Positions 26,990 through 40,553 of a stretch of 64,000 nt of DNA are shown here, piece by piece; within the stretch, counting starts at the first letter, position 1; every line of letters starts with the position of its first letter. The translations under genes and the position numbers were made by a program. This DNA is from Octopus sinensis (lineage: Eukaryota). Location of the stretch: positions 5,084,001 to 5,148,000 of the forward strand of contig NC_043015.1 of NCBI RefSeq assembly GCF_006345805.1, read 5' to 3'. The notes below the pieces were generated by a model. That model ran no database searches. It saw nothing but the letters and a program-made list of their open reading frames with translations, and had not been told where the DNA came from.

Positions 26990-27530
26990 GAAACCCGGCG
27001 CCTAAGCAAATTCGATGATTCTGAGATTGTCCCATTTACGTTGGGTCACCGTGGTGAAAACATTAAAATTCTGCTTTGGAACTTCCTAACGTGTTACTTT
27101 GGAAGTGACCGTGTACATATGTACCTTTATTCTGATGTAATGTCTCCTAGTAGTGCTCCCTTTATAGGGCGACCCACATTTATTGCAGTAGTCTAATTTG
27201 TATAAGAAAAAAAGTTCTTGAGCATGATCTGATGAAGTTGATGAGGCACTCGGTGAATGTGTAAGCTACTATCTGTGGTAGTTTTCCTCAGTAGAACATT
27301 TCTCAGGGAAAACTCTGTTAATGCTAACAGAATGTTAAGACTCCTTTTGCGGATTGCCTTTTGAATAGCTTCAACTGTTCTGTCATCAAAGTACGGCATT
27401 TTGAGGAAGTAATTTTCCGATTTGGGGTTATGGACTTCCATATTTTGCTTACCCAATTTCTTGTTTCGTGGATGGTGTTATTTAGCTGTAAATGGTGGAT
27501 AGCCGTTTTGTGCTAAGTAACTGTATAAAT
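26990..27530 (-). mobile_element. Decayed PLE 3' fragment (thumb and GIY-YIG) of a different subfamily
   Basis: Manual translation YLAQNGYP...LKMPYF...SLRNVL and YKLDYCNKCGSPYKGSTTRRHYIRIKVH. Confidence 0.65.
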
Positions 27531-27546
27531 AAATATGCATTATGTA

Positions 27547-27970
27547 TACTCTTTACTCTTTTACTCTTTTAATTGTTTCAGTCATTTGACTGCGGCCATA
27601 CTGGAGCACCGCATTTTTAATCGAGCAACTCGACCCCAGGACTTATTCTTTGTAAGCCCAGTACTTATTCTATCGGTCTCTTTTGCCGAACCGCTAAGTG
27701 ATGGGGGCATAAACACACCAGCATCGGTTGTCAAGCAATGCCAGGGGAACAAACAGAGATTCACAAACACACACACACATACACATACATATATACATAC
27801 ATATATACGACAGGCTTCTTTCAGTTTCCGTCTACCAAATCCACTCACAAGGCTTTGGTCGGCCCGATGTTATAGTAGAAGACACTTGCCCAAGGTGCCA
27901 CGCAGTGGGACTGAACCCGGAACCTTGTGGTTGGTAAACAAGCTACTTACCACACAGCCACTCCTGCGCC
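27547..27970 (-). mobile_element. SINE family A, near full length
   Basis: Minus-strand head GGCGCAGGAGTGGCTGTGTGGTAAG, B box GGTTCAGTCCC, (GAGTAAAA)n tail. Confidence 0.9.
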
Positions 27971-28601
27971 TATATGTATATGCACACATATAGACATGTG
28001 AGTGTTTGTGTGCGTATGTTCAAGGATACCTAATGAGAGACACACGGAGGAAACACAGAAAATGAGAGACAGAGAGAGAGAGACCTATGCACATATGAAT
28101 GAAAGCATATTCATTTCTACATACGTCTATATACATTTATGTTTTTTCTGTACGTAACAACAATCTGGCGATGTTTGCGACAAAAATACATGTTTAAGAA
28201 TTTGCACAGTAAGTAACACAAAAATATATCGCCGCTTTCGTAAGAGATGTGACATGATAACATAACCCACGTTCCAATAGTTTTCGTATTAAAATTCAGC
28301 AATAATCCGTATAGGTGGTTTGAAAATTAAATAAACATATCTTTCGACTTATATAAACGTATGATTTCATAATAAACAAATAAAAAAGAGCATCACAGAC
28401 AATTGAGTTAATCACTGCAGGCATCGCGTGTTTACATTTTGTCTACACGAATGGTGTTCGTGTTTGTGAATAATATGTTTGTTATCAATTTCTTTCCCCT
28501 CATTCGATCACATTCATGTGTGTGTGTGTGTGTATGCATGTATGTATATATATATATACATATATATGCATGTACGCATGTATATATATATATACACACA
28601 C

Positions 28602-28639
<38 letters not shown>

Positions 28640-28647
<8 letters not shown>

Positions 28648-28800
28648 GTATATATACATGTATATATATGTGTGTGTGTATATATATATATATATATACA
28701 TACGTACATGCATACATACAAGCATACACACAACACTCACATATGTATATACAATTGGTTATGCATAGATATAAAACTTCATACTGGGTTGTTTCCATAT

Positions 28801-28831
<31 letters not shown>

Positions 28832-29032
28832 AATGTATATATATACATATATATATATAATATATATATATATAGTATATATATGTATATATACATGTAT
28901 ATATATATGTGTGTGTATATATATATATATATACATACGTACATGCATACATACAAGCATACACACAACACTCACATATGTATATACAATTGGTATGCAT
29001 AGATATAAAACTTCATACTGGGTTGTTTCCAT

Positions 29033-29063
<31 letters not shown>

Positions 29064-29085
29064 AATGTATATATATACATATATA
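28640..29085. repeat. Near-identical tandem duplication, period about 235 bp
   Basis: Core 28699-28796 recurs at 28934-29030 with a single-T difference. Confidence 0.9.
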
Positions 29086-29089
29086 TATA

Positions 29090-29134
<45 letters not shown>

Positions 29135-29683
29135 AGCATATATGTATACATATGTATGCATGTATATACTCATATATATTTATATGTACACACACAAATA
29201 CACACACCTATATGCAATGGCTTATGAGCAAGTATATGTAACTTCATTCTCGTATATTTCCATGGATGTCTAGAAATGTATAATATTGTTTATATCGGGT
29301 AGTTCTCTGATATCTTTCTCTGTTACTTCGGCGCGGGCGCGGACGTACACACACACACACACACACACGCACACACATACACACACACAAAAAATATATA
29401 CTCTAATTTTTATTATTTGGCAAGGCAAAACAATACTAATAACATGCTGTTAGAATAAAAAATACATATCCTTTAGAACGCAACGTCAGTCGCGTACAGA
29501 CTAGTCATACGAATTTACCATGAGAAAGTTATAACAAATTTACTCATAGCAATGCAGAAATAGCAGTGGACTGTTTCTGCTAAACGATGTAATACACTCA
29601 TGGTAGAATTACTGTGTATTGCCTTATATATACATCGGAGGTTCAAACATGGATTGCAATTTTATTTGTGAAAATATTCCTGT

Positions 29684-29751
<68 letters not shown>

Positions 29752-29760
29752 ATATATATA

Positions 29761-29833
<73 letters not shown>

Positions 29834-30086
29834 AACACACACGCACACACACACACCGTAAAGCATTTCCAACGTAACGGTACAGACGTATATAGAACAG
29901 GAATTCGGGAATTTGAGGTGGAAACAATTAGAATATGAGGATTTTATTTATACATGTGTGTATGACGGATAGGGTTATGGACAACTCCTTTGAAAGGAAG
30001 TAAAAATTACATAAAATGATGTTGTTTTATATATATATAGCAATAATAGATCTCTGAACGAGATGTAAACAGTAACTGCATGACAA

Positions 30087-30411
30087 TGTGAGGTATACTT
30101 GCCATCGCAATATGGCTAACCACTAAGGGTGGGTGTTACAGTAGCTTGTAGCCCCAGGAGAACATCGTCTCCAGCTGGCTTTAGGCACACTTTCTGTGCT
30201 CTTATAGTATTTGCATAGGGAGGTCACCCTTCCCTCGTCAACCCAAGTGATACGTACGAACTGCAGTTTCTAGGTTTTGACCTCCCTTTGCAAATACCAT
30301 AAGGGCACAGAAAGTGTGCCTAAAGCCAGCTGGAGACGATGTTCTCCTGGTGCTACAAGCTACAGTAACACCCACCCTTAGTGGTTAGCCAGATTGAGAT
30401 GGCAATTATAT

Positions 30412-30417
<6 letters not shown>
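30087..30417. repeat. Long inverted repeat, 140-bp arms and 51-bp spacer
   Basis: 30087-30226 versus the reverse complement of 30278-30417; 9 substitutions and no indels by manual count. Confidence 0.95.
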
Positions 30418-30482
<65 letters not shown>

Positions 30483-30924
30483 GCAATACTATGAAGTCTA
30501 GCGAATTTCGTTGACGTTACGAACAATTTGCATGTAAATTCATTATAACAGTAGATTTAGCCTTCCTTATGAGTAATTTGAAAAGTGTATCTACAGATCA
30601 TTTTGTATTCTCATGTATGTATAAATTAGCAACTATCAAATTATCCTGTCTGCTCTTGTTGCTGATTCTACTGTCAGAAATCTGATGAGTAAAATGTGAC
30701 TTCTTCGACTCTCATGGTAACATATAATTCCGACCGAACACTGTGAAATAGATATCCATCGATGCCGTTTCTATGAAAATGGTTAATTTTGTATAGCGAT
30801 CAAGTTTCCACAAAAATTTGTTGTTTAGAGCCCTTTACATTTGTAGACTTAAACACTGAAAAATTGATGGTGATCTCATTCTCGCTCACAACATCATACG
30901 CGGAAACTGTAACCTCTCGAAAGA

Positions 30925-31228
30925 GCTGTTCTTCATTAACTGCTCCAGAGCGTCGGCTGCGGGGTCATTCCGAAAAGCTCTACCTGCGACGATTTCATCT
31001 CAATGGAAGGAGAGGAGCTTTCTCCGTCCGGGTTGCGGATCCGTGGAACAAGCTGCCAGACGAGATGGTGAAGATGCCGACGACCGCTTTGTTCAAAGTC
31101 TCCCTTGACCTCAAGTGGCTTGAACTCTTTACATGAACACCACCCTGTAGTTAACTCCATGTCCCCCTACATGGCCTTGCTATTTGCTTTTGAGCCAAAA
31201 ATTAACTAACTAACTAACTAATTAACTA
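30925..31228 (+). mobile_element. CR1-type LINE 3' end
   Basis: RLRGHSEKL...RRGAFSVRVADPWNKLPDEMV...FKVSLD, short 3' UTR and a (TAAC)n tail at about 31203-31228. Confidence 0.88.
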
Positions 31229-33074
31229 TTTCGTTTCCCAGCACCAAAACACTCGTCCAGACGCGGGTTAAGAGCGTGATATATATATATATGGGAATGT
31301 CGCATCTGTTCCTTATTGGTACTACTAAATCGCCTGTACCTGATGGCCCCAATCAGGCATACTATTACACTTGAAGCATTGTTCCTTTACTAAGAACGAG
31401 ACTCATTTCAATTTCCGTTGCATCATTTCAATTAATTGGGAATTTGTCTCATAACGTATAAATATTCCATAACATATACTCAGCTAGCTTTCATGAAAGA
31501 GAGGCATTACACATTAAGGAGGAGTTTCTTTCTTTGTGAAAAGTCAGTGTACTTCAAATTACTTACGAAAATGCAGTTCTCAAAAACAAACGAACAAACA
31601 AAAGGAAATTCAAATAAATAAGACTTAGATTGATTCAATAGCTAATGGAAATTGAAAGGTAATTTATTATACCATTCGTTAGTATATATTGCTTTTCTAT
31701 TTCCTTTTTATTAACAAAATATAGACGGTATGATATCAACGTCGTGGCTTTGAAAATATTTCTATTTTTCCTAAACAATACGGCTCCAGTTTAGTACTAT
31801 TAGGAAAACATAATTTGGATGGTATTCAAAAAATAACTACTAATTTCTGGTAAAGATGGCGACGATGGCGGTGAGTGCTTGCTCTGTCAGTCTTGGGTTC
31901 GTAATGTCATGACCGAAAAACTTTTCATTAAGCTATGCGTAAGCCGTAGCCAGCTACGTGTAGTCCAGTAGTCTCTTGAAGCTGTACCTTGGGGAGGAAT
32001 TGAATTTTGTTCTTAAAATGATAATGTGATAAAAGAGTTGATTATTGTATAACGATTCTTTTGTTTACAACAACAAAAAGATGTATATTCCTCACGCTTT
32101 CTATTTACCAGTTTGTGTTAACGGCAGTGATGAATAAGTTTGCTTTACAGTCAGAAGATATAAGAGAGGTCAAGAAGCACTGTGTAACTTAACACACTCA
32201 CGCACACACACATATAAAAAAATACTTGTCGAATGTTCACGAAATTGCAATCATTCTTTTACTTGTATATCTGAAGCGAATAGAACAAAAAGCATTTTGC
32301 CCCAGAAAAAAATACATAAAAAATATATTAATTTCGAATGGAAGCTATCAGATACTTTGTTCTGAGCACAAGAATGAATATCATATTCTTCAATTTAAAA
32401 AATGATCGTCTCTCTAGGACAGCTGGGATGTGTGGATATTTTGCTTACGTTTAGTAGGAACAAAGTATTAACTCCCGTTGAGGCAATATTTAATATTATA
32501 TATTAATAATTAATCATAATCGATTTACACATTCCCCGTTTTACAATTCAATAAGTATGAATTTGCAAAATATTCAAATTTGCTGAACTTGTTGCTTTTA
32601 AATATGCCATATACTCCAAACCTGTGAAGCTACATATTAAAGAATGGTTTCATATACAAATAAATACGAAATTGTAGCAACATGAATAATGAAAAATATA
32701 AACAACCGGAATAGCATTATAGATATATAAGTAAAATAGAAAAAGAAAGCAAATTTTTTGCAGTAATTACCACATATCGTTACAATTTTAGAATTTGAAC
32801 GTATAAGTAAAGTATAAGATTAATATAAGAACTGTTCATGATTCATGCCCGGATTTAGAGGAAATGCTTCACAAATGCTTCTAATTCAGCGTCTATAAAG
32901 GAAACGGAAAGAACGTGTGGTATCAGGAAACTTATATGAAATTACCGATATTTTCATTAGTTATTTCATTGTCTAAAATGAATAAAAGCAAAGAGAATAG
33001 CTGACATTCTGTGTTTCAGGTTCAGATACTTTCTGTTGAGAAGCATTAATCTGCTGCTGCTTCTCAGATATACA

Positions 33075-33169
<95 letters not shown>

Positions 33170-33516
33170 CTGTGTGTGTATATATATAAATATATACAAA
33201 TGTGTATGTGTGGAGATACAGACAAATAATAGATATCTTTATATACAGAAACACAAATACATGCATGCATACATGCATATGCATATATGTCTGTGTGTGT
33301 ATATGTGCGTGTGTGAGTGTGTGCATACATATATACATATGTGTATGTATATGTGCAGAGAGATACATACACACCACAAATATCTATGAGATAAAACTTT
33401 TTATGATGTTTTATCTCATATTTATAAATGGCTATGGATACGTTAAGCGAAAACTATATGGAACATCTAAACAAAGTAGAGGTTAATCATCTTAAATTTT
33501 TCAACCAATATGATTA

Positions 33517-33581
<65 letters not shown>

Positions 33582-34076
33582 CCTGGGTTCCAATCCAGGC
33601 CGCCTGAAAAAAAGTCCACTCGCCACGTTACTCCATGCATCATCACTGCCTCAAGTCCCTAGATACATTTGCGGGCCATTACCTACAATCAAGATGTCGA
33701 TGTAAATTTGACGATCTCTACCTTTTCTTATAACACTATGAAGTGAATTCTATAAGGTGAATTTGGGTGTTTGCAGCTCAGAGTGGTGCACGCAGTGATC
33801 AGATAAGCGCTGACATCTTTGCTTGATCTTGTTGCTAACTCTTGACAGGTATCTCTAAAGGTTTTGATTTTTTCGCATGTTGTAATTTCGTGTTTTAGAT
33901 GACTGGGTAAGCAGATCGGAAGCAGGCATCATAACCGGTCACAAACTAAACATGATCTGGAACTCCAAATTGCCGAGGCAAATGAAATATGCACACTGAC
34001 AAAGAAATTGTGAAATATAAATGTGTGCGCAAGCTAGTTTCTATGGATATACAGATATACGTATGTAAATTCATAA

Positions 34077-34132
<56 letters not shown>

Positions 34133-34369
34133 TTTTCTGTCATTGTTTCGTATATATTCGATCCTTTTTCCAAGAAATCTAATGCTCCCAGCTTAGTTTT
34201 TCTTTGGGGCTGGCCGGATCTGAGCGATATCAGGATTAATCAGCCGAAATTTGCTAGGACGATCCGGTTCTTGACTGAAGATTAGAGGCTTCGAATGACC
34301 CGTCCGTTCTTTGTGTCATCTCTTTGTGTTTTTTGCGTTCTTGTCCCATTTTGTATTTTTTTAATATAT

Positions 34370-34413
<44 letters not shown>

Positions 34414-34746
34414 TATATGCACACATAAGTATATATATATTTACAGTTGGGATATAGAAGCTGAATATTTTGGGACTAGATCTCCATAGTTATTCTTGTT
34501 CTCTTTGATTTTGAAAGATATATTCACATGAACAGGGCAGCTGAGCTCTCTGACATGATATAATTTTTTGTCTGTCCTAAACAAAGATACCCGGCCTGAT
34601 ATGCTTACACTTGACAAATATTTTGATGGGAATGTCCCTCCAGTATTACATGTGTTAGTGTTTGTGTGTGCGTTCAGTAATAGGGTAATTCCCTGTGTTT
34701 ATTCCAGCACAGTCTCTTTTTCCGATATGGCGATGCAGCACGGATT

Positions 34747-34796
34747 TTTGTCAATGAACAGGTCGCGGATTTTAGCGACAAAAATATTTTGACAAA
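34747..34796 (+). ncRNA. Hammerhead-topology motif with non-canonical core (C at position 8)
   Basis: Stem I TTTGTCA/TGACAAA; ATGAACA; G; stem II GTCGC/GCGAC; AAAA in place of GAAA; palindromic stem III AATATT. Confidence 0.45.
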
Positions 34797-35698
34797 TTAA
34801 ACTTAAATGTTGAAGTGAATCGAACGGCTTTTGTGTGTTTCTTAAATGGCTTATAAACACCTTCCACGCTGCAATTGTTTTCGTTTCAGCACACGATCTC
34901 AGATCAAATTACTTGCTATGCGAGTACATCTCCATGTATAATGTTTTTGAGGCAACGTCGTGTCGCATATGTAGGTATCACATTGTTGACATTTTGAGGA
35001 AGCTACTAATCACATGTGTAATATCTGTCACAGGACTACTACATGATCTACATTCTCGATAGCATCTTTGTGCTCCATGGGATTCACTGTCTCATTTCTT
35101 TGTTAGAGACTTCGTAGCAACTTCTACTTTTGAGATTGAAAATGTCTAGCTTTCGAGGAGTGAAGTAAAGTAGGGGTCACAACGCCCAAAGTCACAGGTT
35201 CATGTTGGTATTACTAACTTCGTTAACAATTCCACCTTAATAAATACATTTATTAATTCATGTGCATGCATGTACAAATATATTTACATGCTCTCGTACA
35301 CTCGAATGTTTCACTGTAAAAATACCTCCTGGATAAACGTTTCTTCGTAAACGTTGCGAAAATACACTTTATTTCTGGGTTCTACGTGTCATCAACTGCA
35401 AATAATAACTTCCTTCTTCGCAACACTATCAAATTGCTGATTGTAATATATAAGAACAGCAAGCAGTCACTTTGTCTGTGTGTATAAATCTTATTCGAGC
35501 TGGAATGGATTGTTGAATGAAATCCATACATGTTCAGTGATATTTAACACATCGCTAATGACGCGTGCAACCTTCGATCCGATGACGCCACTCACAATCA
35601 AATATTTTATCACACAATGCTGTGAACAAGGACAATTTTCACCTGTGTTTACTTCCACTGTGAAATCTCTTGATTGTATGCGAACACAGTGCACACAC

Positions 35699-35729
<31 letters not shown>

Positions 35730-35776
35730 ACACTCACATACACACATATGGGGATATACATGTATATATATATATG

Positions 35777-35810
<34 letters not shown>

Positions 35811-35831
35811 ATATATATATATATAATATAT

Positions 35832-35864
<33 letters not shown>

Positions 35865-38547
35865 GTATATAATTACACAAACTCCCATATACTCACACGC
35901 GCAGATAGATTGATAGATTTAAAGGAATATAGACCGAAAGACAGATAAATGCATGAAGAGTTACAAAGGATGAGAGCTATAATCAGTGTAGGTAACTGAA
36001 AGAGAATTAAATTAAAATACCCATTTATCTATCGTATTTAACGTATATGCTGTGTTCAGATGAATAATGCAATAGATTTTCGTTAAATAATATTTAACTA
36101 GAAGATTGTTTCTGCGATTTTGTTTCGGAACCATTTTTGGAATCCATTACATATATTGCATTATGTTAGAAGTTATTACATATTTGAAGCACGTTTCACA
36201 TGAAATATGCCTTTTAACATTATCATTTCTCTTTATGTTTCGTTGGATATGGTATATTTTTGTAGATGTAACATTCTTATTTTCTTCTTTCGTATCTAAA
36301 TAAATTTGTTATTATGAAGCTGGAACCTACATATTCGATTATATATTAACGTATGCCTGACTATAAATATATCATTGCAAAGTTATGATAGAGTTAAAAC
36401 GTGAGGAACATTAGAAAAGAAAATCCTTATTCTACTTTTCTAAACTTTAAATTACGTTTCAAACGAAATGATATCCACATTTGTTTTAGTAGAAATAAAA
36501 TTAAATCCATTTTGCCTATGTTTTCAGATCCAAAATGATTTCGAAATTCTCTTCGTGATGGTGTGAAGGAAATGCAGTCGTAAAATTATTCCTATCATGT
36601 ATTATACTGGTAATACAAACGGCGAGTCAATGGGGTAATGTGGTTTCGTGTCCAAAATGAATGTATATGTGTACATACTTACATATAAATATCAAAGGAG
36701 GAGATAGAGATAGAGAGATTGAGAGAAAGAGAAAGCGAAAGAGAGAGAGAGAGAGACATGATCGTTCACACGTGACTAGACTTTGCAATGGCTTGTCTAG
36801 CTTTCTATAAAAATATAAACCTGCTTTCGGAGATCAATCGCTGGTTAACCAACAATGAAATATAATTCAAATAGAAACTAACTCCTCAATTGTTCAACGA
36901 AATTTTCATTGAAATTGAAAATATCCACATCCTTACAACTACTCTATTATATGAAAATAATTATACAAAAATGCTCCTTATTGTTGATGATTCGGAGCTA
37001 CTTGGAAATTTTCCATGAAATATCATTGCTTTGAAGCAGATCTATTATTCATATTACCTTTTCATATTGTGTAAATTTTGATTGAAGTGACAGACGTAGA
37101 AGAAGAATTAGATAGAAAGTAAGGTAAATGGGGAAATAAAGTAGATAAAAGTTAGAAAGATATACTCATGTGTATCAGCATATATATGTATTTTTCTGCG
37201 TGTATTTATTTCTATATTTCAAGAACTGCAGTGTTATCAACAATGCAGTTCTTGTACTCACATACAAATGCATTGTGTAATCTGATTGGGAATATCAATG
37301 AGTAACATGGGATTTGATGAAGATTTTAATAAGAAATAGGGAGAGATGCACACGGAAATTAGAAAATAACCATCATCATAACCATTGAAATTAATATAAC
37401 TAAAAATATTGATAGTATTATTATCATTATTATAGTATTACTTATTATTATAATATTATTGATATTATAATTATAATTCTATTATTTTATACATTACTTT
37501 TATGAGACATAAGATGTAAAATATAAAAGGGGTAACAAGAACGGCAACAACAACAACAACTACAGTGAAATAACGATGACGATGATGATGATGAGGCGGA
37601 GGATGATGATTATGACGATGATGATAATAATAAATAATAATATTAATAATAACAATAATAATGATAAATGCACGACCACATATAAATTTATGCAAGCATT
37701 CTTATAATAATACTTCATTAACTTAATTAATATTACAATTGAAATGTGGATAGTGTTTCCGAATTAACTCCAAATATTAAAAGTACGTTCCTTCTTGTAC
37801 TTTTCTTTCATAAATTTCTTCATGATGGTTTACACTTCATTCAATTGGAATCACATGTGATAAATATTATTTTCTCAATAGTTTATGGCTTATTGATATT
37901 CTTTCAATTGAGAATCTACCAGAAATTGTTACATAATAACGTTTGCAATAATTAAAGTATGAAAGCATGAACATTATAAATAGCTGCTAATATTATTAAA
38001 TCAAAATCTGTCTCTACTATATTCAAATTCAAACTAAATTTCCGGTATTATCTGTTAAAAAAGACATAAATATAATATGGCAGTTTAATCCTTTAAAAAT
38101 TCAATGGTTAATTAGAAATCCTGGTGTCATGCTGTGATGTGCATTAATCCAATCATAAATTTCATTTTCCGAAAACAAATGTTGAGAAGAATAAGACGAA
38201 TAAAGAGCACCTGTCAATTTAGGAGAACATCTGAAATTAATGCACAGAATAGATTTCCTACATGACTTATCTAATTTCTATAGAAATTCAACTTAATTAC
38301 AATTCAATCAATCTAATTACACCTAATTATTTCTGAGTTCAGTATGGTGAGAACCAAGTTGACAAAATCGATAGTGCAATGATATTTTCTCCAACTAGAT
38401 GCACTTGATTAGTCCATCCCTTTCTTTCCCTATCACCTTCCCGCCTTCTCTCTGTGAATGTACAAACATATGTTTGTATATGTACATATATATATATGTA
38501 TGTATATTTATATATATGCATATGCATGCATATATATATATATATGA

Positions 38548-38579
<32 letters not shown>

Positions 38580-38677
38580 GCATATTTGTATATATACGTA
38601 TGTATAAATGTGTTTGTACATATATGTGTGTGTATGTATGAATGTGTGTGCCTTTGCACATGCATATAAATACATGA

Positions 38678-38708
<31 letters not shown>

Positions 38709-38722
38709 TACATATATATGTA

Positions 38723-38778
<56 letters not shown>

Positions 38779-39289
38779 TACATACATATGCATCCTTAAG
38801 ACTGCAAGTTCTTGTATGAATAGATGTATATGTTATCATGTAAATTGTGTGTATCTATATAACACAGCGCCATGTCATCAACTCATGTTCTAATTCGGCA
38901 AAAAACTCATTCGGCATTATTTGATCCGGCAATATCTTCTGAATTTTACATATAGCAGGGTCATGCTAAAGAAACATATATGCCAAAAAGCCACAGCTTT
39001 GATTGCCACAGTGTGCAGTATGCGACAGTATGATAGTAGTATAGAGTGTGTGATTATATCAAAGAGAAGAGAACATTTAGGTCTGATGGCAGTCTTTTTA
39101 ATCTGCGGAGTCTACTCTTTATGTCCAAGATGAAAAAGGTCATAGTGCAGGAGGACTTGCTCACAGAGGACTGGTCAATCAATGCTGCTAGATGCTGCAG
39201 AGCATGAAGTGCTTTTGCACTGCCTGCAACAAATTTGTCCTCAATCATTACTCATAAACAGAGGTACTGCACGAACCTACCCCGCAGCA

Positions 39290-39530
39290 AATTCACCGCG
39301 ATCACCGGTAAGTTCGCCGCCATCAGTTCCCTGCAGTTAATGTTCCCCACCATAAAATCACCGTGAAGCAAGTTCACCTTCAAGGAATGTTCATCGCGAG
39401 GAAAGTTCACCGAGAAAATACATCCATATTATTTCACCATCAATGGTTAAAACTGTTTTATTGAAAGCTAAACGGGGAATTTATGACAGTGAACTTTCCC
39501 TGCAGTGATTTGATGACAGTGAACTTACTG
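39290..39530. repeat. Array of (A/G)TTCACC-like motifs with inverted GTGAACT copies, probable MITE remnant
   Basis: About 8 forward motifs in 39290-39440 and reverse motifs in 39470-39530. Confidence 0.5.
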
Positions 39531-39534
39531 GACA

Positions 39535-39880
39535 TGCTCTACACATCTCTGAACATTGACGATGGTGTTAACACAAGCATTGCTGCATTCGGGCATCTAC
39601 GTGAATCATGTAGGGAAGCTAAAACATTATGCTGGCCATCAAGTTGAAGGTGTAACAGAGAATAGTGCTGCCTATGTTACTGATCGCATACGAGACACGG
39701 ACTGTTTACGAACGCCACGGTGAGAAGCTAAACCGCTTCCACATAAACAGCGTGAGATAGCTTCTGAGAATTACCCGGGAAGACAAGGTCCTAGACTCGG
39801 ATGTTTTCTTTCGACAAGATCTGCTAAGTATTTGCACACAAACACAGCTGAAGAGAGTCCAAGTCATGTGTCCAAGCCAC
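39535..39880 (+). mobile_element. RTE-type LINE fragment (post-RT region)
   Basis: Manual translation NIDDGVNT..AAFGHLRE...KLKV.QRIVLPMLLIAYETRTVYERHGEKLNRFHINSVR.LLRITREDKV. Confidence 0.8.
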
Positions 39881-40048
39881 CTTGTTAGAATGTCAGACAG
39901 GTGATTAATTTCCCGTTAATTAGCCTGAAGCATCGAGCTGGGAACCCTAATAAACGGCAGCTTTGAAGAAATGGGGTATTTCTACACGTTTTAACCGTAA
40001 AAGAAACGTTTTCTCTATGGAAACTGATATGTGTATATGTATATGTAT

Positions 40049-40095
<47 letters not shown>

Positions 40096-40194
40096 AATAT
40101 ATAATGGGAAAGTTTACGAAAATAAACAAAAGACGAAGGCAGGTGGAGTACAAACAAACAATTGTACTAGTATAGCGCTCAGGAATAGAAACAG

Positions 40195-40232
40195 TCTTTT
40201 ACGTTTCGAGCCTACGCTCTTCGACAGAAAGA
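40195..40232 (-). ncRNA. Minimal hammerhead motif, A6U core variant
   Basis: Minus strand TCTTT-CTGTCGA-A-GAGC-GTAG-GCTC-GAAAC-GTA-AAAGA; stems I and II perfectly paired. Confidence 0.7.
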
Positions 40233-40324
40233 TTCACAGACAAAGACAAGGAGAGAAACAAGGAGAGAAACAAGGCGAGAAAAAAAATGTGTGTAGTAGC
40301 TAATGATCTATCATGGCGTCCTAT

Positions 40325-40553
40325 AGGCGGTGAACTGGCAGAAACGTTAGCACGCCGCACGAAATGCGTAGCCGTATTTCGGCTGTCGTTACGTTCCGAG
40401 TTCAAATTCCGCCGAGGTCGACTTCGACTTTCATCCTTTCGGGGTCGATAAATAAGTACCAGTTACGCACAGAGGTCGATTTAATCGACTTAATCCGTTT
40501 GTCTGTCCTTGTTTGTCCCCTCTGTGTTTAGCCCCTTGTGGGTAGTAAAGAAA
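40325..40553 (+). mobile_element. SINE family B, best-preserved copy
   Basis: Head GGCGGTGAACTGGCAGAAACGTTAGC, B-box-like GAGTTCAAATTCC, central CTTTCATCCTTTCGGGGTCGATAAATAAGTACCAG (resembles the Meta-SINE domain from memory, unverified), A-rich end. Confidence 0.88.

Noticed and set aside
34210-34305. CCGGATC/GATCCGG stem with CTGAGCGA...GAAA, and a nearby CTGAAGA
   Set aside because: Core spacing and stems II/III do not fit an HHR.
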